Below, piece after piece: positions 30,011 through 43,050 of a DNA stretch of 64,000 nt. The stretch is from assembly GCA_009914755.4 (NCBI GenBank), contig CP086569.2, forward strand, positions 2,496,001-2,560,000, in the 5' to 3' direction. Made by a program: the position numbers and the translations under genes. How positions within the stretch are numbered: position 1 is the first letter of the stretch; each line of letters starts with the position of its first letter. The DNA is from the human T2T-CHM13v2.0 reference genome, Homo sapiens. Under the pieces are notes generated by a model. The model searched no databases. It had not been told where the DNA came from and saw nothing but the letters and a program-made list of their open reading frames with translations.

Positions 30011-31576
30011 AGGCTACCCTGTCTAAGCATTTTGCTTAGATATGCGTGGCTTACATATACCTAGGCTCAGCTACCTTTTATTTCCGTGGCTCCCAACCCT
30101 CTCCTTTTCTCTCAGACATTTCCTTTTGTCTCAGACATTTTATTATAAGCAGTTGGTTTGGCATCCTTCAGCTCATACTGTTTTGTTTTCATCCATTGTA
30201 TCCTTGCCTTTGTGGCTTTGAGCCTGCCTACTTGCAGGACTCAATCCGAACTCTGATTCCTTTACCACATAGAGGCTGAGCCCCATACTAGGAACTAAGG
30301 ATTGAACTCAGAGCAGTCTCCTGTCTGCTGTCATTGTTGTGCCTTTCTCACTTGCCAGTGGTGACTCAGAGGGCCCTACAGTCTTTGGGAGTCTTGGGGC
30401 TGGAGGACAGAAGGTGATGGGGTGTCACATCTTTAAAATCTGAAGACAGTCTTTTCAGCTGTGGGACAGAGGAAAAATAATTGGTTTTCTGCAGATGTTG
30501 AGGCTACCCCTGTGGTAAGAGGTTTAGCTCAACTGGAAGTTCCCCTCATGATATGGCCAGTCTTACCCTTAGTGAACCTCTAGTTTCCTGGCAGGATGGG
30601 CCTCTACTAAGCGAGAGGACCCAAGATCTAAATCCTGAGCTGTTTTGGCCACATGAAGGTGCATAGGTAATAAAAGTCGTCTGAGGTGGATGTGAGGAAA
30701 GCCTGCTAAAGTTGGCTTTTGCAGGAGCACTCCCACTAATAAAAGTGTTCAAAAGTTTTTAGCCTGCCTTAGTCCTGGTCTTGAAGCACTGGAGACCTGG
30801 TCAGTCAGCTCTGTATAGAGGTTAGACACAGAACTGTTACCCGTTAATGTGCTAGCATGCTTACAGGCATTTCACTCACTTATAGATAGTTGCTAAGTGT
30901 AATCTGTATTTCACAGTCATCTGTGGATGCTTAAAGGACCGACACGCATCGTGAAGCTTGGGTTAACAGTTCCAGACGGAACTATCTCACAGGATGGAGG
31001 GAGGCCACTTGGAACTGGAGGCACCTTTAAAGAAAGAGGCCATGTCTTTTTTCAGAGGGTGTTTCACATGTGCAGTTAAAGGCCGAGGACCTTTGGGCAC
31101 AAGGCTTCAAGTTTGATGTTGTGATATAGCAGTGAACTGCATGGTGCTGTTGCTATCCATGCAGAAACTGTTGGTTAGTGAAAGGATCTGTGGAGGATAT
31201 AGGAGAAGAAAAAGTTTTTACTTGTTTTGTTTTTGCTGTCTTTCTCCTGACTGTCAGCAGTACCTGCTAACTATTTTGACTCCCTTAGCACTGTTCTCAG
31301 CTCAGCTGAGAGAGTACACTGGACAGGATGTACATGAAAAGTGGAGGGCAGCAGGTAGGCTTTGAGGTGTGAATAGGCCTTCTATGAGTTCACAGTCATA
31401 GAACTTGCTTGGACCTGTCTTACCTGGGCTATTTGGAGCTAATGAGCCAGGGTGGAAAAGGGACAAGATTAACTTTCACTGGAAATGTTTTAGAATCACC
31501 CAAGTAGGTTCAGGATGTCACATACAAAAAATGTGGAGGACAGTTGGGTGATAGGAATGCATTCAGCAGGCCGTGA

Positions 31577-31974
<398 letters not shown>

Positions 31975-34667
31975 CAGAGGGTTTCTTATATCTAGCGTGG
32001 AGTAGAGCTGGAGAGATTGAAAATGCCCACTAGTAGCCCTAGGTTGGTTAAAGTAACACTGCATTAGTAAGTGGTCACTGGATTGGTACTGATGATTGGA
32101 TAGCACATTTTAAAGGTAAAGTGCAAGTTACTCTTTTAAATGAGGATGGAAGAGTGAAGTTGACAGATTGTTTTTAAGTCTGGCTCCACTGGTTGCAGAA
32201 TGTATACTGAGTGGTGTAATCTTTCTTATGGTTTGGTCCCAGGGCTTCGGGAGGTATAAGGGGAAAATGTGTTTTCTCTGTCTGCTTACTCAGCACCTCT
32301 AGCCTTACTTACCGTAGACTCAAACAAACCTGGAATCTTAGCCCACTGCTTTGGTGCTTATGGACTATAGCTTCGTACTTTTCCACTTTAGATTAGAGGG
32401 CAAAGAGAAGAATGGGCTTTGATAGGCATATTATACCCCATCCACATGTATTCACCCTGAGGTTGGGCAGGTTAGTATCCCTCTGTGCCCTTGTTATATC
32501 ATTTATTGTCTGAGGCAGTTCTGCTTGGCTGCTTAGTGAACCTCCTTTCAGTACCCTGGACACTCTGTGTCTGTGTCCATATTCTCCCTCTGCCTCATCT
32601 CACGTAAGTATTTTGCCTACTGTAGCACCACAGCTTGATGATTTTCTGTTCTGGTACATAACCTTATCTGCTGAATTTGGTTGCATATTGGATCTGTCTT
32701 CTCTTATGGGGATGTTTATACCTGATTGGAAGGAATGTGCCAAGTTGTATTCAGTGTCTTAATGACAGCACCCCCTACCCTGCCTCTGCACACATTCACA
32801 TTACCTTCATTACACTTGTTTATGGATGGCCAAGTACTTACATCGCTGGGTGGTGGGGCCATTCCTATAGTCACCTTGGTTTGCACTGTGTTTGGTTTGC
32901 TCTCCTTCTGCCACCATTCACTCCCTCCAAGTTCCATCCAAACTTTCAAAGGGCTTCTGTCCTGCTGTGCCTTACTATGACAGGCAGTAGAACAAAAGTT
33001 TTACACACTGTGGCCTTTTTGTTTGTATGCAAGCAGGTTTCTGATGTATTGTCCTTTAGGGCCAAGTTCTGGACCCAAAGGCATTCCTAAAGTTAATTTG
33101 GGGGTGGTACACACAGTGGCAGGGCAGCCGGAAAGGAGGATGTGGTTTTCCTTTTCCTTTTGGAAGAAAAGGGCTCAGTCAGCCTAATTGTCCCTTGAAG
33201 TGCTTCCAACTTTTCTTTTAAGAGCTTTAATTGGTATGTTTGCATGCAGCATCTGGGAGTTTCTTCAATTTCTACATTTATGTTTGACTTCTGAATTATA
33301 GTCTCTGAAGTTTTCAGTTGGTTGGTCCAGTAGGCAGTTCTGATCAGGGAACTTACGCAGCTTTCAATTCTTTGCTTAACTCACTGGCCAGGAAAGCTGG
33401 AAATGATCTTGAGTTTCTATTAGTAGTGGTGGTAAATATGAGGTGGTGGTGGCAAACAAACTGAACACTCATTGGAGAATGCCTGGAGGGGTGTGTCAAC
33501 TGTGAAGTTTTGATTTGAAGAGCGTGCTCTCATTAGATTGACTGCATAGGATCCAGGCCTTAACATGGATAAGTGGGCTTGGATATGCCAGGCTGATGAA
33601 TTCCAGATTTACCTTAACTGGGGAGTTAATGTGGCCTAAGTTCCACATGTGGAATAGGAGCCTTTGTCACCTTTTTGGACTGCTGGCTTATATTAAATGG
33701 CCTCACATCTCCATAGCACCTTGAATGGTGTTAAATCTATAGTAGCAGCAGAAATAATATTAGCTGACATTTACTGCTTTGCCAGGTCCTTTATGTTCCA
33801 TTATCTCATAAATTTATAAGATGTAGTAGTGTGCAATAATTATTCCCATCTTGCACCTCTGAAGCTTAAGGGGACAGTATTTCAACTTCGGCCTTTTTTA
33901 TAGGAGAATGAGCCAAGCTCTGGTTACTTTACTTACTGTGTCTCTTTCCACACCTCCTAGGCAGGTTAAAAGCAGTGATAAGAGAGAAGCTGGCAAACCT
34001 AGTTAGTCCTGAGAGCCCAAAGATACGGGAGAGAGGAAATGCAGCAGCTGATTAAAAAACAAAAAAGTGGCTCCTCGAGTTCATTTATTGTACAGTTTCT
34101 GGAGTATTTCTGTCATCTTTTCAGGGAGTTTTTCTGTCATCTGGCACTCTGTTTGTCCTTGTCATTTTCATATTTACCCAGAATTTGTCCTGAGACTTCA
34201 GAGGACTGTACTCAGTTTAAATGTGGAGTTTTTAATATCTTTTAACTTTTATAAGCTTTTTCTCCCAACAAAGCTGAAAGAAAACCCACTTTGTCACTTC
34301 TGAGCGGTGACAGTCCATGGGGAGCCTGTGGTATGTAGGATGGGCATTGGCAACCATAAATGGATTATGTTTGTTTGAGATTACATAGTGTACCATTTGA
34401 ATCTCCTGAAAATTGCTTCTGGAACAAAATGGGGCTTGGATAACTCTTGGGCTGATACATGTACTTGGTATGAGACATTTTGAACTCCTCCTGCTGATAG
34501 ATGTCACGAGCAACACCAGAGTGGTAAGTGTTAAACAAGGAATAAAGCAAGTAGTTAATGGGTTGTGCCATTTAAAAATGAGATGAGGAAGAGCAGCATT
34601 GTGTACAGAAAGCATGTAGCTGGCCGAGACAGCTGTTTTACCTAACCTGGTCATAAAAGCCTCATGA

Positions 34668-34961
<294 letters not shown>

Positions 34962-35431
34962 AAAAGCCACATGTTCTTAGCAGTTCTTAGTAGTGGTAGA
35001 GTTAAGTTTGTCTCTGGGGCTCTTTGTTACCACCGCTCCAGAGTTGCCCATTGAGGACTATCAATTGGAAATATGTCCCTGAGGAAAAAATGATATACCA
35101 GTTGATTGTGTGTTACCACTCAGATACACAGGCAACAGGCTTTTAGCCTGTGATAAAGGACCAGAGGTTAGTTCAGCTGAGCACTCTTCCAGCAGCCACC
35201 AGAGGGTTCTGAAACAGATTCCCCCTTGGCAAGGTTTCCCAAATGTCTAAATTACTAAATCAGTATGGGAGATCATCAGCTCTGTGACTGGTTAATATAG
35301 TTTTTCCCAAGAGCACTCCTTCTCTGACCGAGGAAATGCTGGAAATCGATGGGATAAGTAATGTCTGGGTGACTGCTTTAGGCTGGCTTTGTGTTTACAT
35401 ATTGAATTGATTTTCCTTGCTGTGTTTATAG

Positions 35432-35603
35432 TACAAGTTGTGCAAAGTGAGGAAGATTACTGTGGGAGTGAAGGGAATCCCTCACCTGGTGACTCATGAT
35501 GCTCGAACCATCCGCTACCCAGATCCTGTCATCAAGGTGAACGATACTGTGCAGATTGATTTAGGGACTGGCAAGATAATCAACTTTATCAAATTTGATA
35601 CAG
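35432..35603 (+). CDS. RPS4Y1: RPS4Y1 CDS exon 5 ([57 protein letters not shown] + 1 nt)
   Basis: Acceptor tttatag|tac, donor cag|gtaagt. Y-type residues [28 protein letters not shown]. Confidence 0.92.
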
Positions 35604-36971
35604 GTAAGTTTTTTTTTTCCCTTGTGTTGTCTGCCACCTCCCTCTTTGTCTTTTCTTTTTCTTTCTATTTTATTCTTCTGTTTTGTCTGTACACCCATTA
35701 TGATTAGAGAGAACTAAAACACATTTGGTTTTCTCTAAGAGCATATTGTGTCATGGTCTCTTGGGTTTGCAGTGGGTTCTTGATGTTGAGTAGAGGTGTG
35801 ATGTCCCTTTGGGCTATCTCCAGTAGCCCAGCCTCATTCAAGAATGTAAACCATAGCTATGTAAACTCTGTGTCCATTCTGTTTGTCAGAAGAGGGGAAC
35901 TTTGTTTTAAATGCGATAAAGTTTAGCTGTGTTCCTTGAGGTGAAGGGCTGAAGTTGTCCAGATAATCTTAAGCTAGTGATGAGAAAAAGATGTGTCTAC
36001 AGCTTTGTTTCTCCTCCCTACACCTCAGGCTCTGACTCCTGACAGGTTTATACCCAAGTGCTTGCTAATACCTGATCAGCTAAGGAAGTAAAATATTTTG
36101 CCTGACTTGTTTTAACAGAAATTTTTAGACATGCAGAAACACTGAAAGAATAGGTCAGGGACAACAAACAATGGCAACTCCTTTTGTGCCATTCTTCAGT
36201 GACTTTTTTTCTGTTGCTTTTTTTGATTTTGTTCTGTTGCTTATCTGCCCTCCCTGTTTACCTGCTTATGGCACCCCCGCAGTCCTCACTTGGACTCTGA
36301 TTTAAGACCTAGCCAAAGTCCTCAGTTGCCTTGGTGTTTGAACCTAGGCTGGCTGTCTTGAGTTGAGTACTCCACAGGCTAGGGTTGTCTGATTGTTTGA
36401 CCACTATGACCTTGTACCTGTGCTGCCTGCACTTCTGTTATTTACTGTTGACCTGAAAATTTTAGCCAAGAATGTTTGTTTCTTCGCTGTGAAAGTTGAG
36501 AGGGCTTCCCATTAGGGGAAAATATTGAGAGGGGATATTAAACAGGATGTGTCATGCTTGTGATACCTAAACCTGTTGTTTGATTTCAGTGTGACCACAG
36601 AGATAACCAGATATCATGCACCTCCTAGTAATAGCAGGAAGTAATAGCAGGAATACTTACATTCAGGAAGTATTCTTGTCAAAGAATGAAGACAAACTTG
36701 GGTAAAGGGACAAAGGAAAAAATGTATATATTGGAACACACTTAAGAAACATTTGCGGAGTTACTTAGATTTTCGAGTGGCTTGTGAGAATATTTCAGGT
36801 TCTAATGATTTGGTACTGGCCATTTGTTTCTAAGTGATCCAGCGCAGGACTGCATAGGTAAAGATGAATCAAAGCTGGCCAGGAGTTTAAAAATGTTACG
36901 AAGCTGGAGAGTGGGTAGGTAGGAGCATCTTATGCTTGTCTCTCAAACGTTTGCATACCTTTGAGAATAAT

Positions 36972-37268
<297 letters not shown>

Positions 37269-37439
37269 GAGAATAATTTTTAAAATGGATGTGGACTTCT
37301 TATCTCCAATGAAATGATATGTTGTATCTCATTTGTTTATTAAATCAAATTCCCAGTTAAAATTCAACAGATTTTTTTTTCTCCCCCACCTAACTTGTTT
37401 GTTTTTGTTTTGTTTTGTTTTTGGGGGAGTTTTGTTTCA

Positions 37440-37675
37440 TTTTGCTTTCAGACAGTCTTGCTCTGTTGACCAGGCTGGTGTGCAGTGGTACAGTCTCGGC
37501 TCACTGCAACCTCCGCTTCCTGGGTTCAAGTGATTCTACTGCCTCAGCCTCCCAAGTAGAGACAGGGTTTCACCATGTTGGTCAGGCTGGTTTCAAACTT
37601 CTGACCTCAGGTGATCCACCTGCATCGGCCTCCCACAGTGCTGGGATTACAGGTGTGAGCGACCGCCCTGGCCCT
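37440..37675 (-). mobile_element. Alu, minus orientation, with internal deletion
   Basis: ttcagacagtcttgctctgttgaccaggctggtgtgcagtggtacagtctcggctcactgcaacctccgcttcc ... gtgtgagcgaccgccctggcc. Confidence 0.9.
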
Positions 37676-38261
37676 AACTTTATTTGAAATATATATCCCT
37701 TTGTCTTACACAAACATGCTTGGTATTAATTTTTTTGCTTATTTGTTTATTACTTACTAGTTTACTTAGTTTAGTCCTGGGAGTGTACATAAAATAATCT
37801 CAGAATGACAAAGCCAATATTCCTAGTAACAAGAAACCCACTGAGTGAGGGCAAAGGTTTTTTTGTAGTTCTTGGTTTGTTTGGTTTTAAATGCTTAAAT
37901 AATTTTTAATTGTGGTTTCAAAAAAAAAAAGATACGTCAGAGATTTACCACCTTAACCATTTTTAAGTGTACAGTTCGTTAGTGTTGTTAACTATATTCA
38001 CATTCTTATGTGGCAGATCTCCAGAACTCTTTCATCTTGTTAAACTGAAACTATGTGCTTTAACCAACTTTGCCACTTTCTCCTTTCTACAACCTCTGAC
38101 AACCACCATACCACTCTGCTTCTGTGAATTTGACTCTTTTGGGTGGTGTCTTAATAAGTGGAATTGATAGTGTTTGTCCTTTTCGACTAGTTAACTTTGC
38201 TTGGCGTCATGTCCTCAGGGTTCATCCATGTTGTGGCATGTGAAAGTATTTCTTTCCTCTT

Positions 38262-38549
38262 TTTTTGAAAGAGTTTCACTCTTGTCGCCCAGGCTGGAGT
38301 GCAGTGACTTTATCTCCGCTCACTGCAACCTCCATCTCCTGGTTTCGAGTGATTCTCCTACCTCAGCCTCCTGAGTAGCTAAGATTTCTGGCACCCATCA
38401 CCACACTCAGCTGATTTTTGTATTTTTAGTAGAGATGGGGTTTCGCCATGTTGGCCAGGCTGGAGTCAAAACCCTTGACCTCAGGTGATCCACCCTCTTT
38501 GGCCTCCCAAAGTGCTGGGATTACAGGCGTGAGCCACCGCACTTGGCCA
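38262..38549 (-). mobile_element. Alu, minus orientation, with target-site duplication agtatttc(t/c)ttcctcttt
   Basis: Flank 38236-38253 matches 38550-38567. Confidence 0.95.
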
Positions 38550-41179
38550 GTATTTCCTTCCTCTTTCTAAGGCAGAGTAATACTCAGTTGGGTGTGTATA
38601 CCACATTTTGTTTATCCATTCCTCTGTGGATGGACATTTGGGTTGTCTCCACCTCTTGGCTACTGTGAGTAATGCTGCTGGGGACACAGCGGTGCAGACA
38701 ACTCTTCCAGATCCTGCTGGATGTTTTTGTATACACACTTAGAAGTGGCATTGCTGGATGAGATAGTTTTGAAATTTTTGAGAAACCATTGTGCGGTTTT
38801 TTTATAGCAGCCTTGCCATTTTACATTCTTACCAACAGTGTAGAAGAATTTCAGTTTCTTCACATTCCTTCCCACACTTTGCTGTTGTTTGCTTTTTATA
38901 TATTTTCTTTTTTTTTTTCTCGTGGCTATCCTGGTAGGTATGAGGTCATATCTCATTATTATTTTTTTAAATTTGGAGTTCTGTGATGAGTAGAGATGTT
39001 GAACATCTTTTTGAGTGTTTGTATGTCTTTGGAGAAAGGTTTTATTCATGTCCTTTGTCCAGTATTTAGCTAGGTTGTTTCTGGTATTGTGGAGTTGTAG
39101 GACATCTTTAGATAGTATCAGATGTAAGATTTGTGGATGTTTTTTCCCATTCCATAGGTTGCCTTTTCACCCTTACTGATTGTTTCTTTTGGTTGGCAGG
39201 CATTTTTAAATTTGTCAGGTTTTGCTTTTGGTGTCATGTCCAGGAAATTATATCTCTTATGTCATGAAGCTTGTGGTCTCTGTGTTTGTCTTTGGAGCTT
39301 TACAGTTCAAGGCCTTACGTTTAATCTGTTTAGAGCTGGTTTTTGTATATGGTGTAATGTAAGGTATTCTCATGTTGTTTCTTTACATGGGGACGTAGAT
39401 TTACCAGCACCACTTGTTGAAGTGACTGTCTTTTCTCCATTGAGAGGTCTGGGCACCCTTGTTGAAGATCATTTGGCCATATATGCTTGGGTTTATTTCT
39501 GGGCTCTATTTTCTTCCTTTGGTCTGTTTGCCTGTCTTTTATGCCAGTATCACACTGTTGAATTACTGTCATTTTGTATTTTGTTTTCAAATTAGGAAGT
39601 GTGTTATCCAAGTGAGTCAACCATGCTCAACTTCGGTTTTGTCAGTTTTTGTTAATCTGTTTTAAAATATCAACCCTTAGTTTTTTTTCTTTTTTCTTAC
39701 TGTTTTTTTCTTTTATGTCTGCTCTGGTCTTATTTAATTTTCTTCCTTCTGCCAACCTTGGGTTTATTCTGTTTTTCTAGTTCCTTGTAATGTAGTTAGG
39801 CTATTCATTTGAGGTCTTTCTTCTGTTGTAACATAAGCATTTTTGAGCTGCCTTGTCTTGTGTGACAATTTTTGACTTATAGTCTATTTTGTCTGACCCA
39901 AGTTTGGTCACCCCTGCTCTCTTTTGCTTACTATTTGCCTGGAACATCAACTTCAGCACTTCACTTTCAGCCTGTGTGTGTCGTTAAATCTGAAACCGGT
40001 CTTTTGTTAACAGCATATAGTTGTAACTTGACTGGTTGGTTGGCTGGTTTTATTCATTTAGCTAGTCTGTGTCCTTAGATTGGGGTGAGGAGTTAATCTG
40101 TTTTACAGTCAAAATAGTTGCTGTTAAGGAAGGCATTAGTTAGTATAGCTCTGTTGTTAATTATTTTCAGTATGTTCTGTAGCTATTTTATACCTATTTT
40201 TTCTCCCTTATTACCTGCCTTTTTGTGCTCTGCTGCTCTTTACTTTTTATAGTGACAAAAAATAAAAGAACACTTTGAATCCTTTCTGATTTTGTGTGTC
40301 TTCCATGGTTATTTTCTTTGTGGTTACCAAGGGGATTACATAAATTATCTTAAAGTGAAAACAGTCTGTTTTCAACTGTTACCTTCAGTTGCATCTCCAT
40401 ATCCCCTCAGACAAATTTTGTTATTGATGGCACACATGAATGTTTTTCTATTGTGTATCCTTTTACCATTGGTTTATGGTTATTGATGTGCTTTTGTGTT
40501 TTAAGTTCTATACCAGACTTAAAAGTGATTTATACACCTTTGTGATCTAGGATTCTCTATTTGTCTGTATATTTACCTTTATCAGAAAGCTTTATATTTT
40601 CTTTCTTTCTTTCTTTTTTTCATATGGTTTTGTGTCTGACATCCTTTTGTTTCATCCTGAAGTGCTTTTCTTCAGCATTTCTCGTAAGGCCAGCCTAGTG
40701 GCTTTTGCTTACCTTGGAAGGTCTTATTTTTTCTTTCATTTTGAAAGTTATGGTATTCTTGTGAGGACTAAACCCTGATGATTATCTTACCCAAATCCCT
40801 ATCTAAGGGATCTGGAGAGTTACGCCCTACAAATGAGCATGACTCATCATCAGATGGGTTTTATTTAACCCTATATTTCATGACTTACTTTCCAGTCTGA
40901 CTCTGGGATAACATTACGAGACAATGAAGAAAATAAAAATATTTTACCCCAAAACATGTTTGCCATATTTTGAAATGGACTTGCAAAGCTGCTCTTCGTG
41001 GGAGTGGAGGAGAAATCTGCATCTGTAAAGAATCTCTATTAAAATAGATAAATCTTTTTCTTCCAGACCCTCCCAATCCTAAAGAGATAAACTAAAATCT
41101 GAATAAGAAACATTGGTCATTTATTGTCTCTAAGGGCAACCACTTCCCTAAGACTTCAGAAGAACTTCAGTCTCCATCA

Positions 41180-41420
41180 TCTTTTATCTTAACCTGAGCA
41201 TTCCCTTTCCCTTCTTACCAATCCCAGGCAAACTCAACCGTCAACCAGAAAATGTTTAAATTCACCAATAGACTGGACCTGATAACCCCCCAACCCTGCC
41301 CTTTCTTGACCAAACCAGTGTATTTCTTAAATGTATTTGATTGATGCCTCATGCCTCTCTAAAATGTATAAAACCAAGCTGTGCCCTGACCACCTTGGTT
41401 ACATGTTCTCAGGGCCTCCT
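41180..41420 (+). mobile_element. LTR U3/R-like fragment (TATA-like, cctctctaaaatgtataaaaccaagctgtgccctgaccaccttggttacatg) inserted in the antisense L1M
   Basis: The motif taaaatgtataaaaccaagctgtgccc is also seen at 21160-21200 (ttcctaaaatgtatgaaaccaacctgtgcactggcc), suggesting related LTR-derived fragments. Confidence 0.35.
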
Positions 41421-42438
41421 CTTGAGGGTTGTGTCATGGGCCATGGTCGCTCATATTTGGCTCTTTTATAGTTAGACTCTTCGTTGTCACTTGGTTTAAG
41501 CACTTTGAATATGTCATCCCACTGTCTTCTGGATTGCAGAGTTATAGCTTATCTAGCAAGAGCTCCCTTGTAAATGATGAGTCACTTTTTACTTGCTGCT
41601 TCCAAGATTCTTTCTTTGTGACTCTTGAGAGTTTGATTATATTGTCTCTTGATGCTTTGGGCTTATCCTAGTTGGAGTTCAGCTTCTTGAATTTGTATGT
41701 CCATCTTCTTTCACACAACTGGGGAGTTTGGGCCATTATTCTCTTCTAGTAGGCTTTTTGCCCCTCCCTGTCTTTCCCCCAAATCCTGTTCTCATTTTCT
41801 CTGTTTCTGTCTTTTCTCCTTCTAGGACTCTTGTAGTTTGTATATTGTTCCTCTTGATGGTGTCTGCTACTCCCTCTCTTAGGCTCACCTTTATTTTTCT
41901 TTTTTCCTTTTTGCGCCTCTGACTTGTTAATTTCAGTGGCCTGTCTTCAAGTTTGCAGATTCTTTCTGGACCTGTGATTTTTAAATTCTGTTCAATTGTA
42001 TTCAGTTCCAGAGTTTGATCCTTTTTTGTGGGTTTCCTTTACATTGTTGATAATTCTCATGTTGTTTATGGGTTGTTTTTCTGATTTTGTTTGTAGCTGT
42101 TTCCTTAGTTTGATATGCATCTTTAAGATGGTTAGCTTGAATTTTTTGTCTGGTAACTCATACATCATCGTTTCTTTAGGCTTATTTTTCTAAAGAAAAA
42201 CAGCCATCTCTTCCAGTCTTCCCTATGTATCTTCATACAGGGAGTATGACCTTCACCAGTCAGCCAGGCTAGAGGTTTTGGGAATCTCATCTCAGGGCTT
42301 GCATGTGTACTTTCTTGGCTGTGCTTCTCTGAAGCCCCTAACCTCTTGCTTTGCCTGATGCCTGTCTGTGGTACTATGGCCTCTCTGCTGTTGTAACAAC
42401 TGTCTCATATACCCTGCTCCACCCCCATCCCTGTATGT

Positions 42439-43050
42439 CTTTTTTTTTTTTTTTTTTTTTTTTTGAGCTGGAGTTTCATTCTTGTTGCCTAGGCTGGACT
42501 GCAGTGGTGACATCTCTGCTCACTGCAACCTCTGCCTTTTGGATTGAAGCGATTTTCCTGCCTCATCCTCCGAGTAGCTGGGGTTACAGGCATGTGCCAC
42601 CATGCCCGGCTAATTTTGTACTTTTAGTAGAGACGGGATTTCTCCATGTTGGTCAGGCTGGTCTTGAACTCCCAACCTCAGGTGATCCTCCCACCTCAGC
42701 CTCCCAAAGTGATGGGATTACAGGCATAAGCCACAGTGCCTGGCAATTTTTGTAATTTTTCGTAGAGACAGGGTTGTCTCATCATGTTAGCCAGGCTAGT
42801 GTTGAATTCCTGACCTCAGGTGATCTGCCTGCCTTGGCCTCCAAAAATGCAAGGATTACTGGCATGAGCCACCGTGCCTGGCATTTTTTTTTTTTTTTTT
42901 CCAAGACAAGAGTCTTGCTTTGTCACCCAGGCTGGAGTGCAGTGGCATGATTTCGGCTCACGGCAACCCCTGTCTCTGAGGTTTAAGCATTCTCTTGCTT
43001 CAGCCTCCCAAGTAGCTGGGATTATAGGTGTGTGCCACCATGCCTAGCTG
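42439..43050 (-). mobile_element. Cluster of one full Alu (42439-42745) plus two partial Alu monomer fragments (42746-42892, 42893-43050), minus orientation
   Basis: Three successive poly-T-led or Alu-end-terminated segments: ...gcataagccacagtgcctggc / ...catgagccaccgtgcctggc / T15 ccaagacaagagtcttgctttgtcacccaggctggagtgcagtgg.... Confidence 0.85.
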